A stretch of 64,000 bases of DNA from Mobula hypostoma (taxonomy: Eukaryota). Under the pieces are notes generated by a model. That model saw only the letters and a list, made by a program, of their open reading frames with translations. It searched no databases and had not been told where the DNA came from. This document shows, one piece after another, positions 22,858 through 35,204 of the stretch; position 1 is the stretch's first letter; every line of letters begins with the position of its first letter. The translations under genes and the position numbers were made by a program. The stretch covers positions 255,442,001 through 255,506,000 of the forward strand of contig NC_086097.1 in the NCBI RefSeq assembly GCF_963921235.1, read 5' to 3'.

Positions 22858-25429
22858 GTCCAGTTCTGGTCGCCTCACTATAGGAAGGATGTGGAAGCAT
22901 TGGAAAGGGTACAGAGGAGACTTACCAGGATGCTGCCTGGTTTAGAAAGCATGCATTTTGATCAGAGATTAAGGGAGCTTTACTCTTTGGAGAGAAGGAG
23001 GATGAGAGGAGACATGATAGAAGTGTACAAGATAATAAGAGGAATAGATAAAGTGGATAGCCAGTGCCTCTTCCCCAGGGCACCACTGCTCAATACAAGA
23101 GGACATGGCTTTAAGGTAAGGGGTGGCAAGTTCAAGGGGGATATTAGAGGAAGGTTTTTTACTCAGAGAGTGGTTGGTGCGTGGAATGCACTGCCTGAGT
23201 CAGTGGTGGAGGCAGATACACTAGTGAAGTTTAAGAGACTACTAGACAGGTATATGGAGAAATCTAAGGTGGGGGCTTATATGGGAGGCAGGGTTTGAGG
23301 GTCGGCACAACATTGAGGGCCGAAGGGCCTGTACTGTGCTGTACTATTCTGTGTTCTATGTTCTATTAGTGATAATTTTTCAAAACTCTAGATTCTGGAC
23401 TAGTTCCTGAGGATTGGAGGGTGGCTAATGTAACCCCACTTTTTAAAAAAAGGAGGGAGAGAGAAACCGGGGAATTATAGACCGGTTAGCCTAACATCGG
23501 TGGTGGGGAAAATGCTGGAGTCAGTTATCAAAGATGTGATAACAGCACATTTGGAAAGCGGTAAAATCATCGGACAAAATCAACATGGATTTGTGAAAGG
23601 AAAATCATGTCTGACGAATCTCAGAATTTTTTGAGGATGTAACTAGTAGAGTGGATAGGGGAGAACCAGTGGATGTGGTATATTTGGATTTTCAAAAGGC
23701 TTTTGACAAGGTCCCACACAGGAGATTAGTGTGCAAACTTAAAGCACACGGTATTGGGGGTAAGGTATTGATGTGGATAGAGAATTGGTTGGCAGACAGG
23801 AAGCAAAGAGTGGGAATAAACGGGACCTTTTCAGAACGGCAGGCAGTGACTAGTGGGGTACCGCAAGGCTCAGTGCTGGGACCCCAGTTGTTTACAATAT
23901 ATATTAATGACTTAGACGAGGGAATTAAATGCAGCATCTCCAAGTTTGCAGACGACATGAAGCTGGGCGGCAGTGTTAGCTGTGAGGAGGATGCTAAGAG
24001 GATGCAGGGTGACTTGGATAGGTTAGGTGAGTGGGCAAATTCATGGCAGATGCAATTTAATGTGGATAAATGTGAGGTTATGCAAGAACAGAAAACAGAT
24101 TATTATCTGAGTGGTGGCCGATTAGGAAAAGGGGAGGTGCAACGAGACCTGGGTGTCATTATATACCAGTCATTGAAAGTGGGCATGCAGGTACAGCAGG
24201 CGGTGAAAAAGGCAAATAGTATGCTGGCCTTCATAACAAGAGGATCCGAGTACAGGAGCAGGGAGGTACTACTGCAGTTGTACAATGCCTTGGTGAGACC
24301 ACACCTGGAGTATTGTGTGCAGTTTTGGTCCCCTAATCTGAGGAAAGACATTCTTGCCATAGAGGGAGTACAAAGAAGGTTCACCAGATTGATTCCTAGG
24401 ATGGCAGGACTTTCATATGATGAAAGACTGGATCAACTAGGCTTATACTCGTTGGAATTTAGAAGATTGAGGGGGGATCTTATTGAAAGATATAAAATCC
24501 TAAAGGGATTGGACAGGCTAGATGCAGGAAGATGGTTCCCGATGTTGGGGAAGTCCAGAACGAGGGGTCACAGTTTGAGGATAAAGGGGATGCCTTTTAG
24601 GACCGAGATTAGGAAAAACTTCTTCACACAGAGAGTGGTGAATCTGTGGAATTCTCTGTCACAGGAAACAGTCGAGGCCATTTCATTGGCTATATTTAAG
24701 AGGAAGTTGTGGCTAAAGGGATCGGGGGTATGGGGGGAAGGCTGGTACAGGGTTCTGAGTTGGATGATCAGCCATGATCGTACTGAATGGCGGTGCAGGC
24801 TTGAAGGGCCGAATGGCCTACTCCTGAACTTATTTTCTATGTTTCTATGATTTGCCATGCCACAGGCATAGTAGTTAAGCCACTAATGAGCCATATTCCT
24901 GTACCCTTTTCTTAAAGGGAAATTTATTTTTCCTAATTGTCTATCGAATTCACATTAGTGTTAGCATTGACATGACTACTCTCAAATCATAACTACTCTC
25001 TGCATTCAAAAACTATTTTCCCTTTATACAGTTTGCCCATCATTTGACCTGAGCTCTCTGGTCCATGAACCATGGAGATATGGGCACATTTTCAACTACT
25101 TTATCTAAACCCACAAGCACACTTCTCACATTGATCAAAGTATCTCCCAGCCATCTTTACTCTAAAAGGTTCATCGACAATCTCATCATTTAATTCCTTG
25201 TTCCTCGAACTCTAGCCATTCTGCTATTTCGCACTGGTTATTACAGTAGCTTTTTGTATTTATCACTACTCTGTATACTGTGGATTACACGTGAATTTTA
25301 CTGCACCTTGGTGTGTTTGAAAATAAATTAATCTGGATCTACATTCAGAAAAGGTCCAAAACAATGAAGGAATAATGTCGTATTTCTGAGACAGCCATTA
25401 ATATGGAGAAAGAACCTCGGGGTATCCCC

Positions 25430-25556
25430 ACCATCTAACTGGGGATAACACCTATTGCTTTTGTCCATCTTGGTGGTGGAGATTGCCAAGAACAATCAGG
25501 GTTAAAGACCATGATCACCCACGTCATGCACACAGCATATAATAATGATGATGATG
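25430..25556 (+). mobile_element. Probable old SINE/LINE 3' fragment with (gat)n tail
   Basis: ttgccaagaacaatcagg..aagaccatgatcacccacgtcat..taatgatgatgatg resembles a retroposon tail; family not assigned. Confidence 0.35.
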
Positions 25557-27111
25557 GGGGTGGAGACTGATAGTTCAAGAATTCTTTTTAAAGAAAAATG
25601 TTGAAGCACACATGCTGTGCATATTATGTTCTGCTCCTATAGGGTGAAACAGTCACAGAGAGAGTGGTAATTGTGTAGTCGAACAAACAGACAGGTGTGT
25701 CTTGGTGTCAGCAAAAATTATAGAAGAGACAATTACTTTCACATTTTATACTCTAAGCCATTGTTCGGAGTAATTTAACTGACAGATCAACATTGCCAGT
25801 AATTACAGTGAATCTTGCAATACAGAAACAACCTTTACCATCCACTAGTATGTGGGCTTTTTTTGCCTTCATTCTGCAGGTCTCAGCCCACCCGTGTTGA
25901 ATTTTCCCCTCTCCTTCTCCCTTGCATTTGTTCTAAATGCACATATGTAAGCACTCTTTTCCCAGTGGTTTCCCAAGGAGACAGCAATGGGTCCTTTTCT
26001 CGAGAGTTGTTGCAATCCACATTGATCAATCAGTACCGCACAGGAACAGAGCCTTCAGCCTACAATTTTGTGTTGAACCAATTAAAATAGTAATCAAATT
26101 AGAAAAGCTGAAAGAAGATACGAGGTTGCTTTGGCAAGTAAGGTGAAAATAAATCCAAGGGGTTTCTACAGTTATATTAATAGCAAAAGGATAGTGAGGG
26201 ATAAAATTGGTCCCTTAGAGAATCAGAGTGGACAGCAATGTGTGGAACCAAAAGAGATGGGGGAAGATTTTGAACAATTTCTTTTCTTCGGTATTCACTA
26301 AGGAGAAGGATATTGAATTGTGTAAGGTAAGGGAAACAGATAGGGAAGTTATGGTAACTATGATGATTAAAGAAGAGGAAGTACTGGTGCTTTTAAGGAA
26401 TATAAAAGTGGATAAGTCTCTGGGTCCTGACAGGACATTCCCTCGGACATTGAGGGAAATTAGTGTAGAAATAGCAGGGGCTCTGACAGAAATATTTCAA
26501 ATGTTTTTAGAAATGGGGATGGTACCAGAGGATTGGCGTATTGCTCATGTTGTTCTATTGTTTTAAAAGGGTTCTAAGAGTAAACCTAGCAATTATTGGC
26601 CAGTGAGTTTGACATCAGTGGTGGGTAAATTGATGGAAAGTATTCTTAGAGATGGTATATATAATTATCGGGATAGACAGGGTCTGATTAGGAACAGTCA
26701 ACATGGATTTGTGCGTGGAAGGTCATGTTTGACAAATCTTATTGAATTTTTTGAAGAGATTACTAGGAAAGTTGACGAAGGTAAAGCGGTGGATGTTGTC
26801 TATATGGACTTCAGTAAGGCCTTTGAAAAGGTTCCACACGGAAGGTTAGTTAGGAAGGTTCAATCGTTAGGTATTAATATTAAAGTAGTAAAATGGATTC
26901 AGCAGTGGCTGGATGGGAGACGCCAGAACGTAGTGGTGGATAACTGTTTGTCAGATTGGAGACCAGTGACTAGTGGTGTGCCTCAGGGATCTGTACTGGG
27001 TCCAATGTTGTTTGTCATATATATTAATGATCTGGATGATGGGGTTGTAAATTGGATTAGTAAGTATGCAGGTGATACTAAGATAGGTGGAGTTGTGGAT
27101 AATGAAGCAGG

Positions 27112-27746
27112 TCGGAAGTTGGCGGGAGGAGAGAGTGCAGTGCGCCGCGCCTACGCAGCCCTCCAGTGAAAAATGATATCGTATCCGTTAAATAGGGGCC
27201 GTGGACAATTCTGATTTGATGGAGACAGACGTGAAAGCACAGAGGAACATCTGGAGAAATTTCTGAAACACCCGTTCGCTGCTGTCGTTACTGCGCGATC
27301 GTGAATCTTCCGGAGGGAAGGTCTCAAAATTCCCGGCTTTGCCTGCTGTTGGCGACCGAGATTGAGGTCGAATCACTTGGATAGAGATGGTGCTTGGTAC
27401 TCGGTGTCAGAGAGCTGTTCGGAGGCTCGAAGTTTTCGGACGATTCAGAGTAGGACTGTGGTCAGGCATAGCAGGGAGAGTTTTTCTTCCTTCTCCTGTC
27501 TGCGTGAGATGTGGGGCATTTGAGAGACTTTGAACTTTCTACTGTGCTTATGGACCGTTCTTCATCAAGTTATGGTATTGTTGCACTGTTGTAACTCTAT
27601 GTTATAATTATGTGGTTTTGTTAGTTTTTTCAGCCTTGGTCCGTCCTGTGTTTTGTGATATCACACCGGAGGAAATATTGTATCATTTCTTAATGCATGC
27701 ATTACGAAACGACAATAAAAGAGGACTGCGTGTCTTCAGAATCTAA
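27112..27746 (+). mobile_element. Non-autonomous retroelement, same family as 11001-11676
   Basis: Head ggaagttggcgg; shared internal blocks; AATAAA at ~27714 then gaatcta; interrupts host RT at DNEAG|FQSLQRDL. Confidence 0.75.
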
Positions 27747-27909
27747 AGGATTTCAAAGCTTGCAGAGAGATTTAGGCCAGTTAGAAGAGTGGGCTAAAAG
27801 ATGGCAAATGAAGTTTAATGCTGATAAATGTGAGGTGCTACATTTTGGTAGGACTAATCAAAATAGGACATACATGGTAAATGGTAGGGCATTGAAGAAT
27901 GCTGTAGAA

Positions 27910-29703
27910 CAGGGGTCCCCATCCTTTTTTGCAGTGTGGACCGGTTTCATATTGACAATATTCTTGCGAACCGTCTGACCGGGGGGTAGGGTTGCCAACG
28001 GACAAGAGAAGCAGTCAAATACGTTGTTTACCCCGAGACTACAATGACCATGAAGCCTTGCGTGGGCACCAGTGCGCATGTGTGATTTGCGCATGCATGT
28101 ACGTGCCGATTTTTTCTACAAATCATTTTTGGCGATTCTGTGGGGGAGGGGAGGTGTTAATGACGACCGGAATATCAGTGATAAATGGCTAATACACTCA
28201 ATTTTGTTTCTAAAAGGGTTTATCTAACAAATTTAATATTAAACACAGTGCATATTTTCCTTGCGTGAATATAGACAGGGGAGCTTGAAGTAAGTGTTGA
28301 ACGAACTTCCAGTAGAAGTGGTAGAGGCAGGTTCGATATTATCATTTAAAGAAAAATTGGATAGGTATATGGACAGGAAAGGAATGGAGGGTTATGGGCT
28401 GAGTGCAGGTCAGTGGGACTAGGTGAGAGTAGCGTTCGGCATGGACTAGAAGGGCAGACGTGGCCTGTTTCCGTGCTGTAATTGTTATATGGTTATATAA
28501 GTCACTTATAAGTCAATAGCATCATAACATTTTAAGTAACGTTTGGATATTAAACACACAGCACATATTTTCCCCGTATGAACATATAAAATCATTGCAA
28601 TACACCAATATTGCTGAATCAGTGGGAGCCCTGGGCTTGTTTCCCTGCAACAAGATGGTCCCATCGAAGGGTGACGGGAGACAGCGATACTCGAAGGGGG
28701 TTCCTTATGTCCAGTCTATTCCGCAATTTGGTTTTCTTTGCAGAGATATGTTGGAAATAAGACCATAAGACAAAAGAGTAGAAATCGGCCATTCGGCCCA
28801 TCGAGTCTGCTCTGCCATTCCATCATGAGCTGATCCATTCTCCCATTTAGTCCCACTCCCCCACCTTCTCACCATAACCTTTGATGCCCTGGCTACTCAG
28901 ATACCTATCAATCTCCTCCTAAAAACACCCAATGACTTGGCCTCCATTGCTGCCCATGGCAACAAATTCCATAGATTCATCACCCTCTGACTAAAAAAAT
29001 TTCTTTGCATTTCTGTTCTGAATGGGCGCCCTTCAATCCTTAAGTCATGCCCTCTTGTACTAGCCTCCCCTATCATGGGAAACAATTTTCCCACATCCAC
29101 TCTGTCCATGCCTTTCAACGTACAAAATGTTTCTGTGAGGTCTCCCCTCATTCTTCTAAACTCCAAGGAATACAGTCCAAGAGCGGACAAATGTTCCTCA
29201 TATGTTAACCCTCTTATTCCCGGAATCATTCTAGTGAATCTTCTCAGTACCCTCTCCAACGTCAGCACATCCTTTCTTAAATAAGGAGACCAAAACTGCC
29301 CACAGTACTCCAAGTGAGGTCTCACCAGCGCCTTATAGAGCCTCAACATCACATCCCTACTCCTATACTCTATTCCTCCAGAAGCAACGTTTTCAGTGTT
29401 GTCCTGGCTATCTCAGGATATTTAGCCTCGACTTTGATCCAGAATGCCTGCAGAGATGTTATGTGAAACATACTTTTCAGCCCGCTGTCATTTGCAAGTT
29501 CGAGGAGTTGATCTTCTTCCCGCGCTGACATGGATGACGCATGGGTAATAACCTTGCATGTGTAATAGCTCAACAGTGGGCGTGACGGAATGAGGAAAGG
29601 TGCAGCTGACTCATATCACCAAATCATATTGTTTCTTCGCGGCCCGGTAGCGCATGCTTTGCCGCCGGGTAGCGGTCCGCGGCCTGGTGGTTGGGGACCG
29701 CTA
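27910..29703 (-). mobile_element. Non-autonomous hAT (Charlie/Buster group) DNA transposon
   Basis: 8-bp TSD CTGTAGAA (27902-27909, 29704-29711) with central TA; TIRs CAGGGGTCCCCA.. / ..TGGGGACCGCT; transposase C-terminal remnants FWIKVEAKYPEIA..LKTLL and KTKLRNRLD..LRVSLS..RWD.LVAGKQAQGSH*. Confidence 0.92.
28758..29376 (-). mobile_element. CR1 3' fragment nested in the hAT transposase remnant
   Basis: ORF 28897..29352; taagaccataagac tail; same subfamily as 42351-42799. Confidence 0.9.
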
Positions 29704-30425
29704 CTGTAGAACAGAGGGATCTAGGAATAATGGTGCATAGTTCCCTGAAGGTGGAATCTCATGTGGATAGGGTGGTGAAGAAAGCTTTTGGTATGCTGGC
29801 CTTTATAAATCAGAGCATTGAGTATAGCAGTTGGGATGCAATGTTGAAATTGTACAAGGCATTGGTAAGGCCAAATTTGGAGTATTGTGTACAGTTCTGG
29901 TCACCGAATTATAGGAAAGATGTCAACAAAATAGAGAGAGCACCGAGAAGATTTACTGGAATGTTACCTGGGTTTCATCTCCTAAGTTACAGAGAAAGGT
30001 TGAACAAGTTGGGTCTTTATTCTTTGGAGCATAGAAGGTCGAGGGGGGACAATACAGGTATTTAAAATTACGAGGGGGATTGATAGAGTTAACATGGATA
30101 GGCTTTTTCCATTGAGAGTGGGGGAGATTCAAACAAGAGGACATGAGTTGAGAGTTAAAGGGCAAAAGTTTAGGGGTAACATCAGGGGGAACTTCTTTAC
30201 TCAGAGAGTGGTAGCTGTGTGGAACGAGCTTCCAGCAGAAGTGGTAGAGGCAGGTTTGATATTGTCATTTAAGGTAAAATTGGAAAGCTATATGGACAGG
30301 AAAAGAATGGAGGGTTATGTGCTGCGTGCAGGTCAGTGGGACTGGGTGAGAGTAAGCCTTCGGCACGGACTAGAAGGGCCGAGATGGCCTGTTTCCGTGC
30401 TGTATTTGTTATATGGTTATATGGA

Positions 30426-30860
30426 CTTATGCGTGGCACCTTATCAAACACCTTCTGAAAATCCGAATGATATTCACTGCCTCTCCTTTGTCCACCCTGA
30501 TTGTTACATCCTTGAAGAATTCTAACAGATAAAGTCAGACAGGATTTACTTTTACAGAAACCATGCTGACTTTGACTTACTTTATCATTAGTCTCCAAGT
30601 ACCTCGAAACTTCATAGAACATAGAAATTTACAGCACAGTACAGGCCATTCAGCCCATAATGTTGTGCCGACCCTCAAACCCTGCCTCCCATATAACCCC
30701 CCCCACCTTAAATGCCTCTGTATACCGTCTAGTAGTCTCTTAAACTTCACTAGTGTATCTGCCTCCAGCACTGACTCAGGCAGTGCATTCCACGCACCAA
30801 CCACTCTCTGAGTAAAAAACCTTCCTCTAATATCCCCCTTGAGCTTCCCACCCCTTACCT
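30426..30860 (-). mobile_element. Two small CR1 fragments (RT piece 30426-30612; 3' end 30613-30860)
   Basis: QSQHGFCK..FQKVFDKVP and WNALPESV in ORFs 30269..30622 and 30577..30804; catagaacatagaa tail. Confidence 0.8.
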
Positions 30861-30889
30861 ACGCCCCCTCATGTTAGCCATTTCAGCAA

Positions 30890-33800
30890 AAGAGGTGGGG
30901 GCGTGGCACTGCTGATCAGGGTAGTGTCACGGCTGCAGAAAAGGAAGCGGTCATGGAGGGGTTGTCTACTGGATCTCTGTGGGTGGAAGTTAGAAACAGG
31001 AAGGGGTCAATAACTCTACTAGGTGTTTTTTTTATATAGACCACCCAATAGTAACAAGGACATCGAGGAGCAGGTAGGGAGACAGATTCTGGAAAACTGC
31101 AGTAATAAGTGTTATCATTATGGGGGATTTTAATTTCCCCAATATTGATTGGCATCTCCCTGGAGTGAGGGGTTTAAATGGGGTGGAGTTTGTTAGGTAT
31201 GTTCAGGAAGGTTTCCTGACTCAGTATGTGGATAAGCTGACTAGAGGAGACGCTGTACTTGATCTGACATTGGAAATGAACCTGGTCAAGTGTCAGGTCT
31301 CTCAGTGGGAGAGCATTTTGGAGACAGTGATCACAATTCTATCTCCTTTACCGTGGCATTGGAGAGGGATAGGAACAGACAAGCTAGGAAACCGTTTAAT
31401 TGGAATAAGGGGAAATATGAAGCTATTAGGCAGGAGTTTGGAAGCATAGATTGGGAGCAGGTGTTCTTGGGGAAATGTATGGCAGAACTGTGGCAAGTGT
31501 TCAGGGGATATTTGCATGGCATTCTGCACAGGTACGTTTGAATCAGACAGGGAAAAGATGGTAGGGTACAGGAACCGTGGTGTACAAAGGCAGTTGAAAA
31601 TCTAGAATTAGTTGAAAAGAAAAGCTAAGGAAAGGTTCAAAAAACTTGGTAATGATAAGAGATCTCAAAAATTATAAGGCTAGCAGGAAGGAGCTTAAGA
31701 ATGAAATTAGAAGAGCCAGAAGGGGCCACGAGAAGCCCTTGGTAAACAGGATTAAGGAAAACCCCAAGGCATTCTACAAGTATGTGAAGAGCAAGAGGAT
31801 AAGACGTGAGAGAATAGGACCAATCAAGTGTGACAGTGGAAAAGTGTGTATGGAACTGGAGGAGATGGCAGAGGTACTTAATGAATACTTTACTTCAGTA
31901 TTCACTACGGAAAAGGATCTTGGTGATTGTAGGGATGACTTACAGCGGACTGAAAAGCTTGAATATAGATACATTAAGGAAGAGGATGTGCTGGAGATTT
32001 TGGAAAGCATCAAGTTGGATATGTCACCGGGACCGGATGAGGTATGAGGTGAGGGAGAAGATTACTGAGCTTCTGGCAATGATCTTTGCATCATTAATGT
32101 CGTTCCAGAGGATCGGAGGGTTGCAGATGCTGTTCCCTTATTCAAGAAAGGGAGTAGAGAAATCCCAGTAAATTATAGAGCAGTGAGCCTTACTTCATTG
32201 GTTGGTAATTTGATGGAGAAAATCCTGAGAGGCAGGATTTATGAACATTTGGAGAGGCATAATATGATTAGGAATTGTCAGCATGGCTTTGTCAAAGGCA
32301 GGTCATGCCATATGAGCCTGACTGAACTTTTTGAGGATGTGACTAAACACAATGATGAAGTTAAGAGTACTGTATGTGGATTTCAGCAAAGCATTTGACA
32401 AGGTACCCCATGCAAAGCTTATTGAGAAAGTAAGGAGGCATTGCTTTGTGGATCCAGAACTGGCTTGCCCACAGAAGGCAAAGAGAGGTTGTAGACAGGT
32501 CATATTCTGCATGGAGGTCGGAGACCAGTGGATCTGTTCTGGGACCCCTTCTCTTCATGATTTTTATAAATGACCTGGATGAGGAAGTGGAGGGATGGGT
32601 TAAGTAAACTAATGGATGACACGAAGATTGGGGGAGATGTGGATAGTGTGGAGGGCTGTCAAAGGTTATAGCAGGATTTCATTAAAACACAGAAAACCTA
32701 CAGCACAATACAGGCCCTTTGGTCCAGAATGCTGTGCCGAATATGCACTTACCCAGAGTTACCCATAGCCCTCTATTTTTCTAAGCTCCATGTTCCTATC
32801 CAGGAGTCTCTCAAAAGACCCCATCATATCTGCCTCCACCACCATTGCCCATTCTATGCACTCACCAATCTGTGTATAAAAAAAAAACAACTTACCCCTG
32901 ACATCTCCTCTGTACCTACTTCCAAGCACCTTAAAACTGTGCCCTCTCGTGCTAGCCATTTCAGCCCTGGGAAAAAGCCTCTGACTATCCACACGATCAA
33001 TGCCTCTCATCATCTTATACACCTCTATCAGGTCACCTCTCATCCTCCGCTGCTCCAAGGAGAAAAGGCTGAGTTCAATCAACCTATTTTCATAAGGCAT
33101 GCTCCCCAATCCAGGCAACATCCTTGTAAATCTCCTCTGCACCCTTTCTATGGTTTCTATATCCTTCCTGTGGTGAGGTGACCAGAACTGAGCACAGTAC
33201 TCCAAGTGGGGTCTGACCAGGGTCCTATATAGCTGTAAAATTACCTCTCAGCTCTTAAACTCAATCCCACAGTTGACGAAGGCCAATGCAGCATATGCCT
33301 TCTTAACCACAGAGTTAACCAGCGTAGGAGTTTTGAGTGTCCTATGAACTTGGACCCTAAGGTTCCTCTGATCCTCCACACTGCCAAGAGTCTTACATTA
33401 ATACAATATTTTGCCATCATATTTGACCTACTCTGGTCAGACCCCACTTGGAATACTGTGCTCTTGGAAGACAGGTTCATCATTTGTTGAAAGTGACATC
33501 ATAGGTAGATAGGGTTGTAAAGAAAGCTTTTGGCACGTTGGCCTTCATAAATCAACGTACTGAGTACAGGAGATGGAATGTTATGTTGAAGTTGTACAAG
33601 ATGTTTAGCCAGTTTTGTCACATACCTACAGGAAAGATGCAAATAAGGTTGAAAGAGTAAAAAGAAAATGTACAAGGATGTTGCTGGGCCTGGAGGACCT
33701 GAGTTATAGGTTAGGGCTTTATTCCTTGAAACACAGAAATTTGAGAGGATATTTAATAGAAATTTACACAACTGAGGGGTAAGTTTTTCCACACAGAGTG

Positions 33801-34002
33801 GTGGGTGCATGAAATGCATTGCCAGTGACGATACAATAGGGTCTTTTAAGAGCCTCTTAGATAGGTACCTGGAGCTTAGAAAAATAGATGGCTGTGAGGT
33901 AGGGGAATTCTAGGCAGTTTCTAGAGTAGATTACATGGTCAGCATAATATTATGGGCCGTAGGGGTTGTAATGTGCTGTAGATTTCTATGTTTTGTGTTC
34001 TA
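30890..34002 (+). mobile_element. Degenerate CR1 ORF2 (30890-32680 + ~33500-34002) with a nested minus-strand CR1 3' part (~32685-33430)
   Basis: Fragments GDFNFP, GDSDHN, QHGFVKGRSC and DFSKAFDKVPH; nested ORF 32759..33205. Confidence 0.85.
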
Positions 34003-34473
34003 CCCTGATGTCAGTCCCTGATTGGAGCACTAACACTGGGCAGCAAGCCAGGCAGTAAGAGATCAGTCTCAGCTAGTGTTCTCTTGCAACTAAAAACCCA
34101 ATTATGATGATGAGAATGAGATACCAGAAGAGGGAAGAGTAACTGGTATCCAAGAAGGAATGCTTTCAAGGTGAGAAAGACACTCTCTGCAACGAATAAA
34201 CAACCCAATATGTTTCACAAAGATGTGGGGATGGAATTAGGGAAGAACTCAGCCAACATGAAACACACCAAAATGAGAGACAATTAACAACTGTTTTTTG
34301 TGGAAAAAGTGATTAAAATGTTTTAATTTTCTCCAAATTCTATTCTCCAAAAAGAAGAAAAATGCAATAAAAAGGGAGAGCAGAATCAAAATAGAGGAAA
34401 ACATTTTGGAACTTGCTGTTTTCAAGAAGGGAGGTAGCTGGATAGAAATGTAGGAGACGGTTTTTTGGGTTTT

Positions 34474-34588
34474 ACTGATCGTCGCCTACTGACAGTATCC
34501 CTGGTTACGGAGACTGATCGTCGCCTACTGACAGTATCCCTGGTTACAGAGAGTGATCATTGCCTATTAAGTCTCCATGGTTACGGAG
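34474..34588. repeat. Tandem repeat, 3 x ~39 bp, overlapping the SMARCC1 stop codon
   Basis: actgatcgtcgcctactgacagtatccctggttacggag (34474-34512), a near-identical copy (34513-34551) and a diverged copy (34552-34588). Confidence 0.95.
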
Positions 34589-34654
34589 CTGCCTGTGCTG
34601 CTGCTGTTGTTGTGGGAACCACCACAGAATCTGCCTGTACAGCTGGGCTTTGAT
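34581..34654 (-). CDS. SMARCC1: SMARCC1 last coding exon: (Y)QSPAVQADSVVVPTTTAAAQAAP*
   Basis: Acceptor tctttttgatttcacag|AT; phase 1 completes T+AT=Tyr after NGM; AD.V and terminal AAP* match the recalled human C-terminus (..NGMY..ADGV..SAAP). Confidence 0.85.
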
Positions 34655-35204
34655 CTGTGAAATCAAAAAGACAAGATCAAGTTTTTAACATAAAATAACA
34701 ACATGTTCAAAAGGGGGGAAAATAAAGCAATTCACCCATATGATTCATTTTCCAAAAATTCCAAGATTACCCCAATTGACTCACATTCACTGCACAATTA
34801 ACAGGATCATCATTTAACATCACGACTCTCTGCTTCCATCAAGTGGTTGAGGACATCTGCAAAAAGTGATGTCTTATAAGGGTGGTCTCTGTCATTAAGG
34901 ACCCCCATCACCCAGGGCATGCCCTGTTCTCATTACCACCATCAGGAAGGAGGTACAGGAGCCTGAAAGCACTCACTCAATATTTCAAGAACAGCTTCTT
35001 CCCCACCGCCATCAGTGTTCTGAATGGACAAAGAACCCATGATTACTACCTCACTTTTTTTAAATATATCTTATTGCACATAAGATCAGAGATCAGTGTC
35101 CTCTTTCAATTAAAAACTCAATTATGATGATAAAAATGAGATATCAGAAGAGGGATAAATAGAAGAGTGGAAAAATTAGGCAGTATCTAGCAGGGGTTGA
35201 CTGA

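Larger units (their letters stand above)
16567..23364 (+). mobile_element. Near full-length CR1 (5'UTR, ORF1, ORF2, tail): 16567-17440 + 20140-23364
   Basis: ORF1 halves rejoin across the nested CR1; ORF2 pieces 20350..21165, 21183..21548 and 21916..23298; (gttctat)n tail. Confidence 0.9.
15612..24849 (+). mobile_element. CR1 LINE host (15612-16566 + 23365-24849), split by a full-length CR1
   Basis: ..gaaatagtggatgc | attagtgataattttt.. rejoins EIVDALVIIF; ORFs 15938..16576 and 23651..24850. Confidence 0.9.
26090..30425 (+). mobile_element. CR1 LINE host, interrupted by a non-autonomous element and a hAT transposon
   Basis: ORFs 26228..26566, 26603..27169, 27697..27978 (part), 29691..30065 and 30094..; (ggttatat)n tail. 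Confidence 0.9.

Noticed and set aside
28619..29573. ZBED/FAM200-like host gene exon
   Set aside because: Lies between hAT TIRs with an 8-bp TSD, and is deleted and interrupted.
34474..34588. CRISPR-like array
   Set aside because: Units are contiguous with no unique spacers, there are no cas genes, and the context is a vertebrate 3' UTR.
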